Virus record (IMG/VR): IMGVR_UViG_2706795958_000001
Coordinates: 1-64,000 of that record
Length of the DNA: 64,000 nt
Reading direction: 5' to 3' (one strand)
Source of the DNA: a virus
Taxonomy: Duplodnaviria; Caudoviricetes
Below the pieces are notes generated by a model. The model made no database searches and was not told the DNA's origin. It saw only the letters and a program-made list of their open reading frames with translations. The translations under genes and the position numbers were made by a program. Below, piece after piece: positions 29,602 through 39,173 of this stretch (positions are counted from its first letter, which is position 1; every line of letters starts with the position of its first letter).

Positions 29602-31355
29602 GTGTAGCTCCCAATAGATTTATTCAGGACGCTCTTAATGCTCCAACCTCTGAGCATGTGCGTCGTATTGAGCTATATGAATATGACGGCAAAACCCCGT
29701 GGAAACAAGAGCTTTGGGATTCTATTCTTGTAGAATGTTCCGTCAGTGCGGACTACGATCGGGACGAACGACGGAATGCCGATATAACTCTCGATAACTG
29801 GAACTTTGAACTTAATCCAGAAGCCGGTAACTTGTGGTATGACAAGGTGATTAAGCTCTACTACGGTCTTATTACTCACCAGAATCAGCGTGATCCGGCA
29901 ATCATGATCGTGGAAGAGTTCAATTCGCTTGGTCAGGCATTGGCCCTTAAACGGCTATTGTCCGCTGCCGGAATCAAAGTCGTGCATTACAATCCACAGG
30001 TAACTACGCTTGCAGAGGTTCAGGATTTCGACATACTGATTTCAATTTCTGATACTTACACGCGCAAGTTGAGCCTACTTACCTCTGCATTCAATGCGGG
30101 TAAATCCATCCTCACTTTTGGCCTGGATGCCACGAGTGCTCAGCTGCCCTACATTATCACCGGCGCTGCAACGTCTTTGGTGTCCGTTCCCGGTGAGCGA
30201 ATGATGGAACAGAACCTTGAAGTAGAGGATGAAATTATCACCGGGTGGGATTCGTGGAGAACCAATTCACCCGGCAGTATTCGTAGAATCCTTACCCCCG
30301 CAGCGGGTTCAGAGGTAATCGTCAACCACTACGACGACGCCAATGGATTCACCCCAGGCTTCGTTATGCGCTCAGACCTTAACGGGCAGACGTGGATTCA
30401 TGGCCTAGTCAACGATTTTGAAACTGACTCATTCCCCACGACGGCGGACTGGCAGGAGTACTCTAATTTTCTTGGTGCAGTGATTGATAGGCTCATCTAT
30501 TATTCGGTTGAACCTGAATGGGAAACTCAGATGGGTGAATTCGTTATCGACACTCTCGGTGGTAGCAGTGAAAGTCGTGGCATGGTCAATGTGACCTGTC
30601 GTGATTACACCAAGCGATGCTTGCAGTCTAAGCTTTCTAAAGCAACGATGTTTACTGCTACACAAAAGGTTTCAGACGTTATCAAGGCACTTGCCTACAA
30701 TGCCGGTATCACCAAGGATAAGGTGCCGGATATGAATTATACTGTAGGCAAAGACACTACGTACGAACGCGATCAGCCTCGCTGGGAAATCATGAAGACT
30801 CTTGCTCAGGCAAATAACCTAAATATCTTCTTTGATTCTCAGGGATACCTTTGCCTGACAGAGCAATCCGATCCTATTACCTCACCACCGGTTCTGTCTC
30901 TGGAAGATGGTCCGCGCGGTAACCTGGTCAATATTGATCGGCGTACCAGTGACACGAGCATTTACAACCGAGTTACTGTTGTAGGCGAGTCGTCCGACCA
31001 GACCAAGCCTCTTGTCTATGGCGAGGCGGTTAATGAAAACCCTGATTCGCCAACGAGTATCGGCGCAATTGGTGAGCGTACGAATAACATCACAAATAGC
31101 ATGGTGACCTCTAATCAGCAGGCGCAAGAGATTGCAACGACGCTGCTCAGTGTGTCATCATTGGAAGAGTTTGAAATGAATTTCACTGCATCTATGCTTC
31201 CTTGGATAGAGCCTGGTGAAATCGTTGAGCTTAATATTCAATACGGTATTGAGGCTGAGCAATGGGGACCAGCTAGATTCCTTATTACTTCGTTGACGTT
31301 TCCATTTGATCTTAGTCCCATGTCTGGCACAGGAAAGAGGATCACCAAGCTATGA
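29598..31355 (+). CDS. Minor tail (hub/Tal-like) protein
   Basis: SADYDRDERRNADITL, GEFVID and YNRVTVVGE motifs of actinophage hub proteins. Confidence 0.72.
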   Translation: MSVAPNRFIQDALNAPTSEHVRRIELYEYDGKTPWKQELWDSILVECSVSADYDRDERRNADITLDNWNFELNPEAGNLWYDKVIKLYYGLITHQNQRDPAIMIVEEFNSLGQALALKRLLSAAGIKVVHYNPQVTTLAEVQDFDILISISDTYTRKLSLLTSAFNAGKSILTFGLDATSAQLPYIITGAATSLVSVPGERMMEQNLEVEDEIITGWDSWRTNSPGSIRRILTPAAGSEVIVNHYDDANGFTPGFVMRSDLNGQTWIHGLVNDFETDSFPTTADWQEYSNFLGAVIDRLIYYSVEPEWETQMGEFVIDTLGGSSESRGMVNVTCRDYTKRCLQSKLSKATMFTATQKVSDVIKALAYNAGITKDKVPDMNYTVGKDTTYERDQPRWEIMKTLAQANNLNIFFDSQGYLCLTEQSDPITSPPVLSLEDGPRGNLVNIDRRTSDTSIYNRVTVVGESSDQTKPLVYGEAVNENPDSPTSIGAIGERTNNITNSMVTSNQQAQEIATTLLSVSSLEEFEMNFTASMLPWIEPGEIVELNIQYGIEAEQWGPARFLITSLTFPFDLSPMSGTGKRITKL

Positions 31356-33037
31356 GTCTGGATTTTGCTGATCCCGAATTTGCCGCACAGCTTGACAGTA
31401 TTATACGAAAGACTGTGCGTGCTGAGATTGACAAGAATCGTCCCGCGCCGCGATACGCCGTGGTCAATTCTATCAATCTTGCGCAGAAGTATTGCATGGT
31501 TACCTATACGGGTGAAACCGATTCCGTGCGTGTACCCTTCAATACGGTAATCCCGAATGAGGTTGGGCAAGAGGTACGTATTGAGGGGACGCCAGGAGAC
31601 CGTTATATCACGGCCATTCGAGGTACCTCAAAGCTAGAGCAGGACACTGACAACGCCACAGGGGCCGCGCAGACGGCACAGGAGCAGGCTCAGTCAGCCA
31701 GCGAGGCAGCAGAAGCCGCGTCGAATCAGGCTAATAACGTTGAAGCGCAGCTTTTTACGCGCACAACTCGACCTTTGTATCGTGGCCTAAACCCCACCGG
31801 TGAATCATCTTTTGATTACCAGCTTCTTAGTGAGCCTGGATTACATAATCATTCCGCTGGTTTTACTATGGAATCCGCTGGCTCTCATTCAGGTCATGAT
31901 GGAACCCTTGGCACTAAGGGTTCCCATACCCATGAGATGATTATCACCGTTGGTGCTGGTGGTACGTCTGAAATTGCGGTAACGGCATCACTGTTGCACA
32001 TGCCATTTATTAAGTGCGAGATGGCGTCTAGAAAAGATGTGCTGTACTTTAAGGCACGTCGAACCAATGATCTCACTACGTGTTATGCAGATATTTACAT
32101 CATGGAAGACGATGGATCGTGGACGTGGAAAGCCACTACCGCCAACCTTGCTCTTGATATAACGACCAGCAAGGGCTGGATAGTTGTCAACACCGATGCG
32201 TATGTTTCTAGTCCCAAGGATATCATAGGCGTTCAATTTAGGCCGGTTGGTGCCGGAACACTCTATCTAGACGGTAGACGTTTTCCAATTGAAAACTATC
32301 CTAATACCGTTCGACCGCTGAACGTTTCAATGGCGCGAACTACAAATTCTGCACCGGCATCCATTGCTGCAAGCGAAGCTGATTCCAGGTATTCTTACCT
32401 GCTGGCATACGTGGAATATGGACAGTTAAGTATTCCTGCACCTGCACCCAGAGACTTCTTTGAGAACTTTAATAGCGTGCCAATTGGTACATCGTTTCCG
32501 TATGCGGCTAAAGATCAGGGTGAGCATCTTTCTATTTCTAATGGAGAGCTTGTTAATCCAAGCAATCAGCTTCTTACCCAGCGAGCTATGAGGTTCTATA
32601 AGAGTCCGGTCAATACAGATGTCTTCGAGGTTGAATGGACAGTCCGAGCTATTGATGGTGATAGCATTGCAGCCGGTATAGTGCTGTTTGGTTCATCTAC
32701 CATGCAGAGATTTGCTACCGTACAAATCAACAAGAATGAAGTTGAGATTACTACCGCCGGATCGGGAATTGGCAACAGTCAAACTCAGCGAGCTATCACT
32801 TCAACAACCGGAAACAATGGTCGATGGCGAGCCACATTCGATATCAATGACAATCGTACTCTGAAAATCTACAAGCCAGGATCACCAACTGTTCCCATTG
32901 TGCAGTGGTCCGATACAGGCAATTACCTGTTCATGGGTAAAGGTAACCGTCTGGCCGGATGCTACATTGAGCACGGTAGCTTTAAGAGTGCGGGTATTCT
33001 TGAAGACTTCGCCTACAGAGATTGGATTCAGTCATGA
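31352..33037 (+). CDS. Minor tail protein, putative spike or receptor-binding
   Basis: N-terminal OB-like region, coiled coil, His-rich repeats, beta-rich C-terminal domain. Confidence 0.65.
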   Translation: MSLDFADPEFAAQLDSIIRKTVRAEIDKNRPAPRYAVVNSINLAQKYCMVTYTGETDSVRVPFNTVIPNEVGQEVRIEGTPGDRYITAIRGTSKLEQDTDNATGAAQTAQEQAQSASEAAEAASNQANNVEAQLFTRTTRPLYRGLNPTGESSFDYQLLSEPGLHNHSAGFTMESAGSHSGHDGTLGTKGSHTHEMIITVGAGGTSEIAVTASLLHMPFIKCEMASRKDVLYFKARRTNDLTTCYADIYIMEDDGSWTWKATTANLALDITTSKGWIVVNTDAYVSSPKDIIGVQFRPVGAGTLYLDGRRFPIENYPNTVRPLNVSMARTTNSAPASIAASEADSRYSYLLAYVEYGQLSIPAPAPRDFFENFNSVPIGTSFPYAAKDQGEHLSISNGELVNPSNQLLTQRAMRFYKSPVNTDVFEVEWTVRAIDGDSIAAGIVLFGSSTMQRFATVQINKNEVEITTAGSGIGNSQTQRAITSTTGNNGRWRATFDINDNRTLKIYKPGSPTVPIVQWSDTGNYLFMGKGNRLAGCYIEHGSFKSAGILEDFAYRDWIQS

Positions 33038-33285
33038 TAGTAAATTTCAACGGTATCGAGCTTGATATCGAAATTGACGAGAATGAAATGCTGTGCATCA
33101 AGCGAGATGGCTTGGCAAAGGGTGCGGTAAGCGTTCGTATGGAGGAACCTGAGACTCCTGAGCCTGAGATCGAACCCATCCGCCAGGAATTTGTACCCGA
33201 TAATCCTATCCTGCCGGATGGGTTTAACATTGTCGGAGACGATGTTCTAGACGAACAAGGTAACTCCGTGTTCGGAAAGAGTTAA
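33034..33285 (+). CDS. Small acidic hypothetical protein
   Basis: ATGA overlap with upstream stop; 83 aa. Confidence 0.65.
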   Translation: MIVNFNGIELDIEIDENEMLCIKRDGLAKGAVSVRMEEPETPEPEIEPIRQEFVPDNPILPDGFNIVGDDVLDEQGNSVFGKS

Positions 33286-33362
33286 TGCGACCCAGTCGGT
33301 CGCGTGACTGTGAGCGCATCGGACACTATACTGAGTAGTGCTAACAGACAGGAAAACATATT

Positions 33363-35138
33363 ATGGCTCACCTTATCGACTATTCGGGTGGATATCCCGG
33401 CGCGGCGGCGGTAGAAGCTGCTGGATTCGATGGTGCAATTCGGTACCTTTGTAATTCTCCCGATAGGGGATTGACAAAGAAAAAGATCACCAAGGCGGAA
33501 GCCGATGATTATAAAGCGCATGGCTTGCAGCTTGTTTCTAACTGGCAATTGGGCAAAGGTGCTAGTGCTGACTTTAAAGTTGGTGATCCATTCCGCACTG
33601 GCGCTAGCATGGGCCAGCGCGCTCTTGATGAGCACTTTGCTGTTGGAGGTTCTGGATTTACGCCGATCTATTTCTCGGTTGATGAAGATGTAAATCTTAA
33701 TACCTGGAATAATCGAGTTCTCCCTTGGCTCAATGGAATTGCTTCTATAATTGGCAAGGAATGGGTTGGGGTTTACGGCGGCCAGCGCTCTATGTGGTGG
33801 GCCAAAGAGGACGGGTTTACATGGCTTTGGCAGACTCTTGCGTGGAGCCGATATGACGTTAACGGTAATTGGAACGCAAGCCTGCCCGTTCAGTGGGAAG
33901 ACGTTCATATTCGCCAGTATGAGGTAGATAAGCAAAAGGTCAATGGAATTGGCATTGACCGAAATACTACCCATAAAACAGACTACGGTCAGTGGGGCAT
34001 CAATCGTAAGCCCGCTCCTGTAGTTATCACTGAACCTCAGGAGAATGCAGCAGTGGCAAAGCCTAATTACACTCAGCTTGATATGTACGGCAGCGGTTAC
34101 AGTAATCGCTGGGGTGCAAGGATTAGCAATATCCTGGGTCATACTCAGGAGGCTCCCGATAGCGCTACGCCGGAAAATCTTGCACGGTATTGCAATGGCG
34201 CTAACGGTGTGAGCTACCACGACATTATTGGTCATGGTCGTTTGGTTCGAGTGGTTAATCCCGACTGGGCGTCCTGGTCGGTTCTCGATGCTAATCCGTA
34301 CACCTACAATATCTGTTTCTCCGGCTCTCGCGCGTCTATGACTCGTGCAGAGTGGCTTAAGCGTGAACTGGATATTCGCATCTTTGCCTGGCGCGCTATT
34401 GAGATTGCACGCCTAAAGGGTGTAGATACTACCGTTATTAAGCCTCCGTATAAGAAGCGCGCCGGTATCTCCGACCATAACTACGTGACTCGTGCGCTTG
34501 GCATTGGTACGCATACCGACCTGGGTCCGAATTTCCCTTGGGATAAGTTGGAGCAGTTCGTGCGTGAATATCTTTCTGGTGCCGCACCCAAGCCTATCGT
34601 GAATGCTATTGATCAGGAGTACGGTCGTGCAAAGGCTTGGATTGGTAATCCCGTTGATCCTAAGGAACGTCCTACGGCTGATGGAAAAGGCCGGTTTCGC
34701 AAGTACGAATTCGGCTATATTTACTGGTCTCCACTTACGGGTGCTCACGCTATACCGGGGAGGCTCTTTGAAGTCTATGCACGTTTTGGATACGAAACAG
34801 GATTCCTCGGATATCCTATTGGTGATCATACCGTCCTCCACAAGGATAATGATAAGTCCAAGGAAATCGTAGGTGGAGTCCAGGGATTCGAGCATGGCGC
34901 GATTTATCGTCAAGAGGGTGACGATTTAGGTTGGCCTGTCGGTGGCGATATTCGTAACATGTGGAACCGTAGCGGTTTCGAGAATGGACCTTACGGATGG
35001 CCTGCCGGTAAGGAAATTGATATTGTTCCCGGCGTGAAGATTCAGGACTTCACTAAGGCACGTTTGCTGTGGGCACCGAATAAGGTTATGGCACTCAAGC
35101 CTACCGATGGTCACGATGAAGTTCTGCCAGTTTTCTAA
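33363..35138 (+). CDS. lysA: Lysin A: DUF1906 glycoside hydrolase + amidase_2 + LGFP repeats
   Basis: IDYSGGYPG...AIRY and PIYFSVD; HTQE...HTDLGPNFPWD; FLGYPIGD/YGWPAG repeats. Confidence 0.88.
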   Translation: MAHLIDYSGGYPGAAAVEAAGFDGAIRYLCNSPDRGLTKKKITKAEADDYKAHGLQLVSNWQLGKGASADFKVGDPFRTGASMGQRALDEHFAVGGSGFTPIYFSVDEDVNLNTWNNRVLPWLNGIASIIGKEWVGVYGGQRSMWWAKEDGFTWLWQTLAWSRYDVNGNWNASLPVQWEDVHIRQYEVDKQKVNGIGIDRNTTHKTDYGQWGINRKPAPVVITEPQENAAVAKPNYTQLDMYGSGYSNRWGARISNILGHTQEAPDSATPENLARYCNGANGVSYHDIIGHGRLVRVVNPDWASWSVLDANPYTYNICFSGSRASMTRAEWLKRELDIRIFAWRAIEIARLKGVDTTVIKPPYKKRAGISDHNYVTRALGIGTHTDLGPNFPWDKLEQFVREYLSGAAPKPIVNAIDQEYGRAKAWIGNPVDPKERPTADGKGRFRKYEFGYIYWSPLTGAHAIPGRLFEVYARFGYETGFLGYPIGDHTVLHKDNDKSKEIVGGVQGFEHGAIYRQEGDDLGWPVGGDIRNMWNRSGFENGPYGWPAGKEIDIVPGVKIQDFTKARLLWAPNKVMALKPTDGHDEVLPVF

Positions 35139-35151
35139 ATAAGGAGAAACA

Positions 35152-35535
35152 ATGAACGTACCAGCAAATGTCTTCCAGATTAAGACCCTGGCAGACTGGC
35201 GTGTTTTTCTGGCTTACGTCGGTATCCCGGTTATTGTCACGCTTGCAGTGGCAAAGGGTTGGGCTACTGAAAGTGTTGCCACTCAGATTGGTGTAGCGGT
35301 TCTTGCTGCTATTCCTACCAGCCTCGCGGTATTCACTTCCACAGACAGTGTTCGTCGGTGGGCATACCTGGTCGTGGGTGCTGTCGCTCCGGTGTTTATT
35401 GCATTCGGTTGGGTGAGCGATTCCGAGTGGCAGCTTTGGCTGCCTATTATCACCCTTTTCCTTGGAAACGGTACTGCTGCTCAGAATGCGCCGACTTCCA
35501 CCCCCTACGGTGAAGTTCTCAACCGGGCAGCATGA
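35152..35535 (+). CDS. Holin
   Basis: Four hydrophobic segments, immediately after lysin A. Confidence 0.75.
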   Translation: MNVPANVFQIKTLADWRVFLAYVGIPVIVTLAVAKGWATESVATQIGVAVLAAIPTSLAVFTSTDSVRRWAYLVVGAVAPVFIAFGWVSDSEWQLWLPIITLFLGNGTAAQNAPTSTPYGEVLNRAA

Positions 35536-35969
35536 TATCCCGAGGCAAAGGGATTCTAAGTAGGTCAGAGCGGGCTAGGATAGCGATATCTTACGCTAAT
35601 GTAGCATTGATGCTTCTAGCCGCTCTGGCCTATTTAGTGCCCAATGAATTCGTCAGGTCTCCTGGTAGACCTGAAAGGTATAGTGGATCACTGCTGGTAT
35701 TTATTGAAAATCTGACTAGATTTCCTATTTGGTCAACTCTTTTCTTTTCATGCGCTGCTGTTCTGTTCGTCTGTCTTGTGTGGAATAAGCCGAACATCTG
35801 GAAAGCGCATTGGTATAATTGTGTTGTTGGCTTTGCCTATGCGGCTAGCCTTTGGTATGGGGGATTCGTTGCACCGGGGACATATGTCGTATTTGCATGT
35901 TTCGCCAGCTATGTAGTTTTCGTTAATTACTCGCTGGCTGTTTCTTACGCGGAAAGACCAGCAGAATGA
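35532..35969 (+). CDS. Membrane protein (lysis cassette)
   Basis: Four hydrophobic segments; ATGA overlap. Confidence 0.7.
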   Translation: MISRGKGILSRSERARIAISYANVALMLLAALAYLVPNEFVRSPGRPERYSGSLLVFIENLTRFPIWSTLFFSCAAVLFVCLVWNKPNIWKAHWYNCVVGFAYAASLWYGGFVAPGTYVVFACFASYVVFVNYSLAVSYAERPAE

Positions 35970-36484
35970 AGACTGATGCTCTAAATCAACTGCTGTGGGC
36001 TGAAAACACGGCAGTGGTTCAGAACTTTACTCATGAAACCCTGTACGGCATCGGGACAATCGTAGTAGCGCTGGCAACGCTGGTCGGAGCCTTCGCAACG
36101 TATAAGTCCATTAAGGATCGTAGTCAGTTGCGGTCCTACGATGAGCTTGAAAAGGAACTGGAAGATACCAGAAAGGAGTTTCGGGAGAGGCTGAATAATA
36201 GGGATTTAGAGCATCAGGAGGAACGGGATAATATTGATGCTCGATGGCGTGAAGCTTTTGATAAAAATACGAATGAATTTCGCCAAGAGCTTGATACGGT
36301 AAGGGCTACCGCTCGCGCTACTGCAATTGAAGTCTCGGAGCTTAAGCGTGTTAGTATTGCGTCTATTAATCATATTGATAAGCAGAATCATCAGCTTCGT
36401 GAGGTTGGCATAAACCCTGCTCCTTTACCTATTGAGGTTGAGATTTTCAAGAATAAAGAGCTTGAACGCGGGGAGAATTCATAA
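35966..36484 (+). CDS. Single-TM coiled-coil membrane protein
   Basis: TM about residues 26-45 followed by a charged coiled coil. Confidence 0.7.
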   Translation: MKTDALNQLLWAENTAVVQNFTHETLYGIGTIVVALATLVGAFATYKSIKDRSQLRSYDELEKELEDTRKEFRERLNNRDLEHQEERDNIDARWREAFDKNTNEFRQELDTVRATARATAIEVSELKRVSIASINHIDKQNHQLREVGINPAPLPIEVEIFKNKELERGENS

Positions 36485-36828
36485 TGGCTATCAGTGACTA
36501 TGCTAATGTTGTTAAATTTCCCTCAGAAGAAAAGCTTGCGCTCTATCCTGAAATAGATTTCGCATACGAGTTTACGCCCCCAAATGATCACCAGGTCAGT
36601 AACACAGACCTGGTGATCATGAAGGTATCCGATCCATTATCATTGCAGGTTCTGTATTCATGGACAGCCACCAATGATGTAGACAATAATAAGCACCGAT
36701 TCCGTGTTCCATACAGCGATATCATCTACCTCCCTCACGGTGCGCGATATAGGATTTACTTGCAATATGGTCTTCCAGACACTAAGATTTTTCACCAGAT
36801 GGGTCCAATGATTTGGATAGGACGGTGA
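36484..36828 (+). CDS. Hypothetical tail-associated protein
   Basis: 114 aa beta-rich; coupled to the upstream stop. Confidence 0.6.
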   Translation: MAISDYANVVKFPSEEKLALYPEIDFAYEFTPPNDHQVSNTDLVIMKVSDPLSLQVLYSWTATNDVDNNKHRFRVPYSDIIYLPHGARYRIYLQYGLPDTKIFHQMGPMIWIGR

Positions 36829-36832
36829 ACTA

Positions 36833-36994
36833 GTGGCTGATAATGTGCCGGATACGGATGGAACACCGGCTAGTACGAATAAAGCACTAGAAGAACTTTA
36901 CGAATCCCTCAGCGGAAACTCCGTAGGAACGGTGGCATGGGTTGAAGACCCAGAGGGTAGCGGCCTTTATAGGATGGTAAGCACTGATGGTTAA
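36833..36994 (+). CDS. 53-aa protein with EDPEGSGLYR motif (not in ORF track)
   Basis: GTG 36833 to TAA 36994; motif shared with 38373-38726. Confidence 0.6.
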   Translation: MADNVPDTDGTPASTNKALEELYESLSGNSVGTVAWVEDPEGSGLYRMVSTDG

Positions 36995-38372
36995 TCTTCG
37001 CACTGTAATGATTGACCTCGATAAGCCTGTTGATGAGAGATTGCCTCAGGGTCTTAAAGATGCTATTGATGCTGATGGAACATTTCTTAATGGAAATCAG
37101 GCTAGCAATCTATTTGCTCCAATTTCCATTAGGGACGAACTTTCTGCACCGGTTGCAAGATTTGGACGACAGAATTTAAAGGTTGTTACAAACTTTGAGG
37201 CTGGACATGGATTTACTATTCAGTCCGCTGGTGGTGGCACGTCCAATTTGAATGACACTAGTGACTTTGCGTTTGGAACACAGAGCATTCGGGTAACAAC
37301 TGCCGGTGCTGGCGCATCTGTAATTGTACAAAAAACCGGATTAACACCTATTCCTGTTGGAAGAATGTATCGCATTTGGGTTAAGGTTGACACTCCTGAC
37401 ACATTGGCGCGAATTAGGGTTCTTCTTTCTGATGCATCTGGATTTACCAATTACTATACCCTAGAATCGGTATTTTCATCGTCTGGCATCCCAGAGGTTC
37501 AGAGACCATTCAAGGCTGGTGAATGGGTTCCTATTGCTTTGCCTTGGGCTACCGCTGTTCCGACAGGGACTCCGCCCAATAGGTCTTCTCTGACATTCAT
37601 GAGAATTCTTGTTAATGATCGCGGTACTGGTGCTGCAACCGTCCGTCTTGGGCGCATTGATACAATGAGCGATCCAGTTGAATTGTACCCTAATGGCGTG
37701 GTTACTCTTACATATGATGACAGTTTTGCAAGTCATTACAATGTAGCAAGACCTCATCTAGATAAGTACGGATATCCTGGCGTTCTATTTCCGATCGTTA
37801 ATCGCATTGATACTCCTGGATATCTTACTTCCCAACAGGTTGATAATCTGGCGTTTAAGTCATTGTGGGAAATTGGCGCTCACGCAAGTACATACGAAAA
37901 GCATGTGCAATCATTGCCGGGGATGACGCCACAAGAAAGAATTGCCGAACTTAGCTATCTTAGGTCATGGAATCAGAGTAGGGGGTACGCAACCTCATCG
38001 TTTGCATATCCCAACGGAACGGTTGACCCAGCGTCTGAAATAGAACTGAGAAAGTTCTACGGAATAGGCAGACTTGCGCTTGGTAGGTTGTCTGGTGGTG
38101 GTGCAGATGAAATGCAGAATCCATCTTTGCCTACTAGACTTTATGGTCAAAATTGTGGCAATCTCTCATTGGCTCAAATTCAGGGAGAGATTGATAGAGC
38201 AAAGGCCAATAAGGCTTGGCTCATTCTTGTATTCCATGATCTACCTGAAACCAAGGTAAGCGCAAATGATTTCACTTCTGCTAACCACATGTCTGTAGTT
38301 GACTACCTTGCATCTAGCAATGTCGATGTGGCAACTATGGACCAGGTTAGGCTAAAAGGATTGGCTTCATAA
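36987..38372 (+). CDS. Polysaccharide deacetylase (CE4/NodB) with N-terminal beta-sandwich module
   Basis: VTLTYDDS, WEIGAHASTYEKH, FAYPNG and LILVFH motifs. Confidence 0.8.
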   Translation: MVNLRTVMIDLDKPVDERLPQGLKDAIDADGTFLNGNQASNLFAPISIRDELSAPVARFGRQNLKVVTNFEAGHGFTIQSAGGGTSNLNDTSDFAFGTQSIRVTTAGAGASVIVQKTGLTPIPVGRMYRIWVKVDTPDTLARIRVLLSDASGFTNYYTLESVFSSSGIPEVQRPFKAGEWVPIALPWATAVPTGTPPNRSSLTFMRILVNDRGTGAATVRLGRIDTMSDPVELYPNGVVTLTYDDSFASHYNVARPHLDKYGYPGVLFPIVNRIDTPGYLTSQQVDNLAFKSLWEIGAHASTYEKHVQSLPGMTPQERIAELSYLRSWNQSRGYATSSFAYPNGTVDPASEIELRKFYGIGRLALGRLSGGGADEMQNPSLPTRLYGQNCGNLSLAQIQGEIDRAKANKAWLILVFHDLPETKVSANDFTSANHMSVVDYLASSNVDVATMDQVRLKGLAS

Positions 38373-38726
38373 ATGGCTGATTACGAAGAAGACCCACCGG
38401 GTAGTGGACTCTATCGCCTAGTTTCTTCTGGCGGTAGTTCAGGTGGTTCTGGCAGTTATACTCCTGGTACCGGAATGAAGATCAGAGTTCGTCGCGGACT
38501 AGCTAGCGAATGGAATGAGAAGAATCCAATCCTAGCTTTCGGTGAGCCAGGATACGATGTCACTAATAACGTCTTTAAAATGGGCGACGGCATCCATAAC
38601 TGGCAGGACTTGCCTCTGCTAAATTACCTAGGTGGTGGATTCACAAAGCTTACTCAGGCAGAATGGGACGCATTGCCACCCGAAGATCGAGATGAAAATC
38701 TCATGTACGTTATAGTGCAAGGATAG
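38373..38726 (+). CDS. Tail fibre-associated protein (Mtd_N/hyaluronidase N-terminal-like)
   Basis: IRVRRGLASEWNEKNPILAFGEPGYDVTNNVFKMGDG; C-terminal LTQAEWDALP...YVI. Confidence 0.75.
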   Translation: MADYEEDPPGSGLYRLVSSGGSSGGSGSYTPGTGMKIRVRRGLASEWNEKNPILAFGEPGYDVTNNVFKMGDGIHNWQDLPLLNYLGGGFTKLTQAEWDALPPEDRDENLMYVIVQG

Positions 38727-38735
38727 GATATTACA

Positions 38736-39173
38736 ATGGCTGTTACCGCCTACGCATATGGTCAGTTTGCCAAGAGTCTTATTAACAAAGAGATTGATCT
38801 GGATACAGACACTCTGAAACTGATGCTCTGCACTTCGGCATACACTCCGAATAAGGATACCCATCAGTATAAGTCCAGCGTCACTAATGAAGTTGTGGGT
38901 ACCGGATACACTGCCGGTGGCGCAACGCTTACCGGCGTGTCGGTTACTTACGACACTGCTACCGATACTATTATCTTTGATGCCAATGATGTGTCGTGGC
39001 TTAACTCGACTATTACGGCTCGATGGGCAGTGCTTTACGATGCATCTCCGGCCACCGATGCAACGCGTCCACTGATTGCGCTCGTTGACCTGGATGGAGA
39101 TAAGATTAGCTCCAATGCTGAGTTTAAGGTAACCTGGAATACTAGCGGAATTCTCGGCTTCCAGGCTGCATAA
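38736..39173 (+). CDS. Tail-associated structural protein
   Basis: IDLDTDTLKLMLCTSAYTP...TGYTAGG...FDANDVSW, a recurrent phage tail motif. Confidence 0.65.
   Translation: MAVTAYAYGQFAKSLINKEIDLDTDTLKLMLCTSAYTPNKDTHQYKSSVTNEVVGTGYTAGGATLTGVSVTYDTATDTIIFDANDVSWLNSTITARWAVLYDASPATDATRPLIALVDLDGDKISSNAEFKVTWNTSGILGFQAA

Noticed and set aside
9812-34235. Long antisense or alternate-frame ORFs (e.g. 9812-10501, 12729-13763, 16201-16845, 17251-17922, 24008-24772, 33282-34235)
   Set aside because: They are shadows of strong + strand structural genes, with no RBS or recognisable motifs.
38373-38726. Mtd_N-like domain suggesting a diversity-generating retroelement
   Set aside because: No reverse transcriptase and no TR/VR repeat pair with A-specific mismatches were seen.
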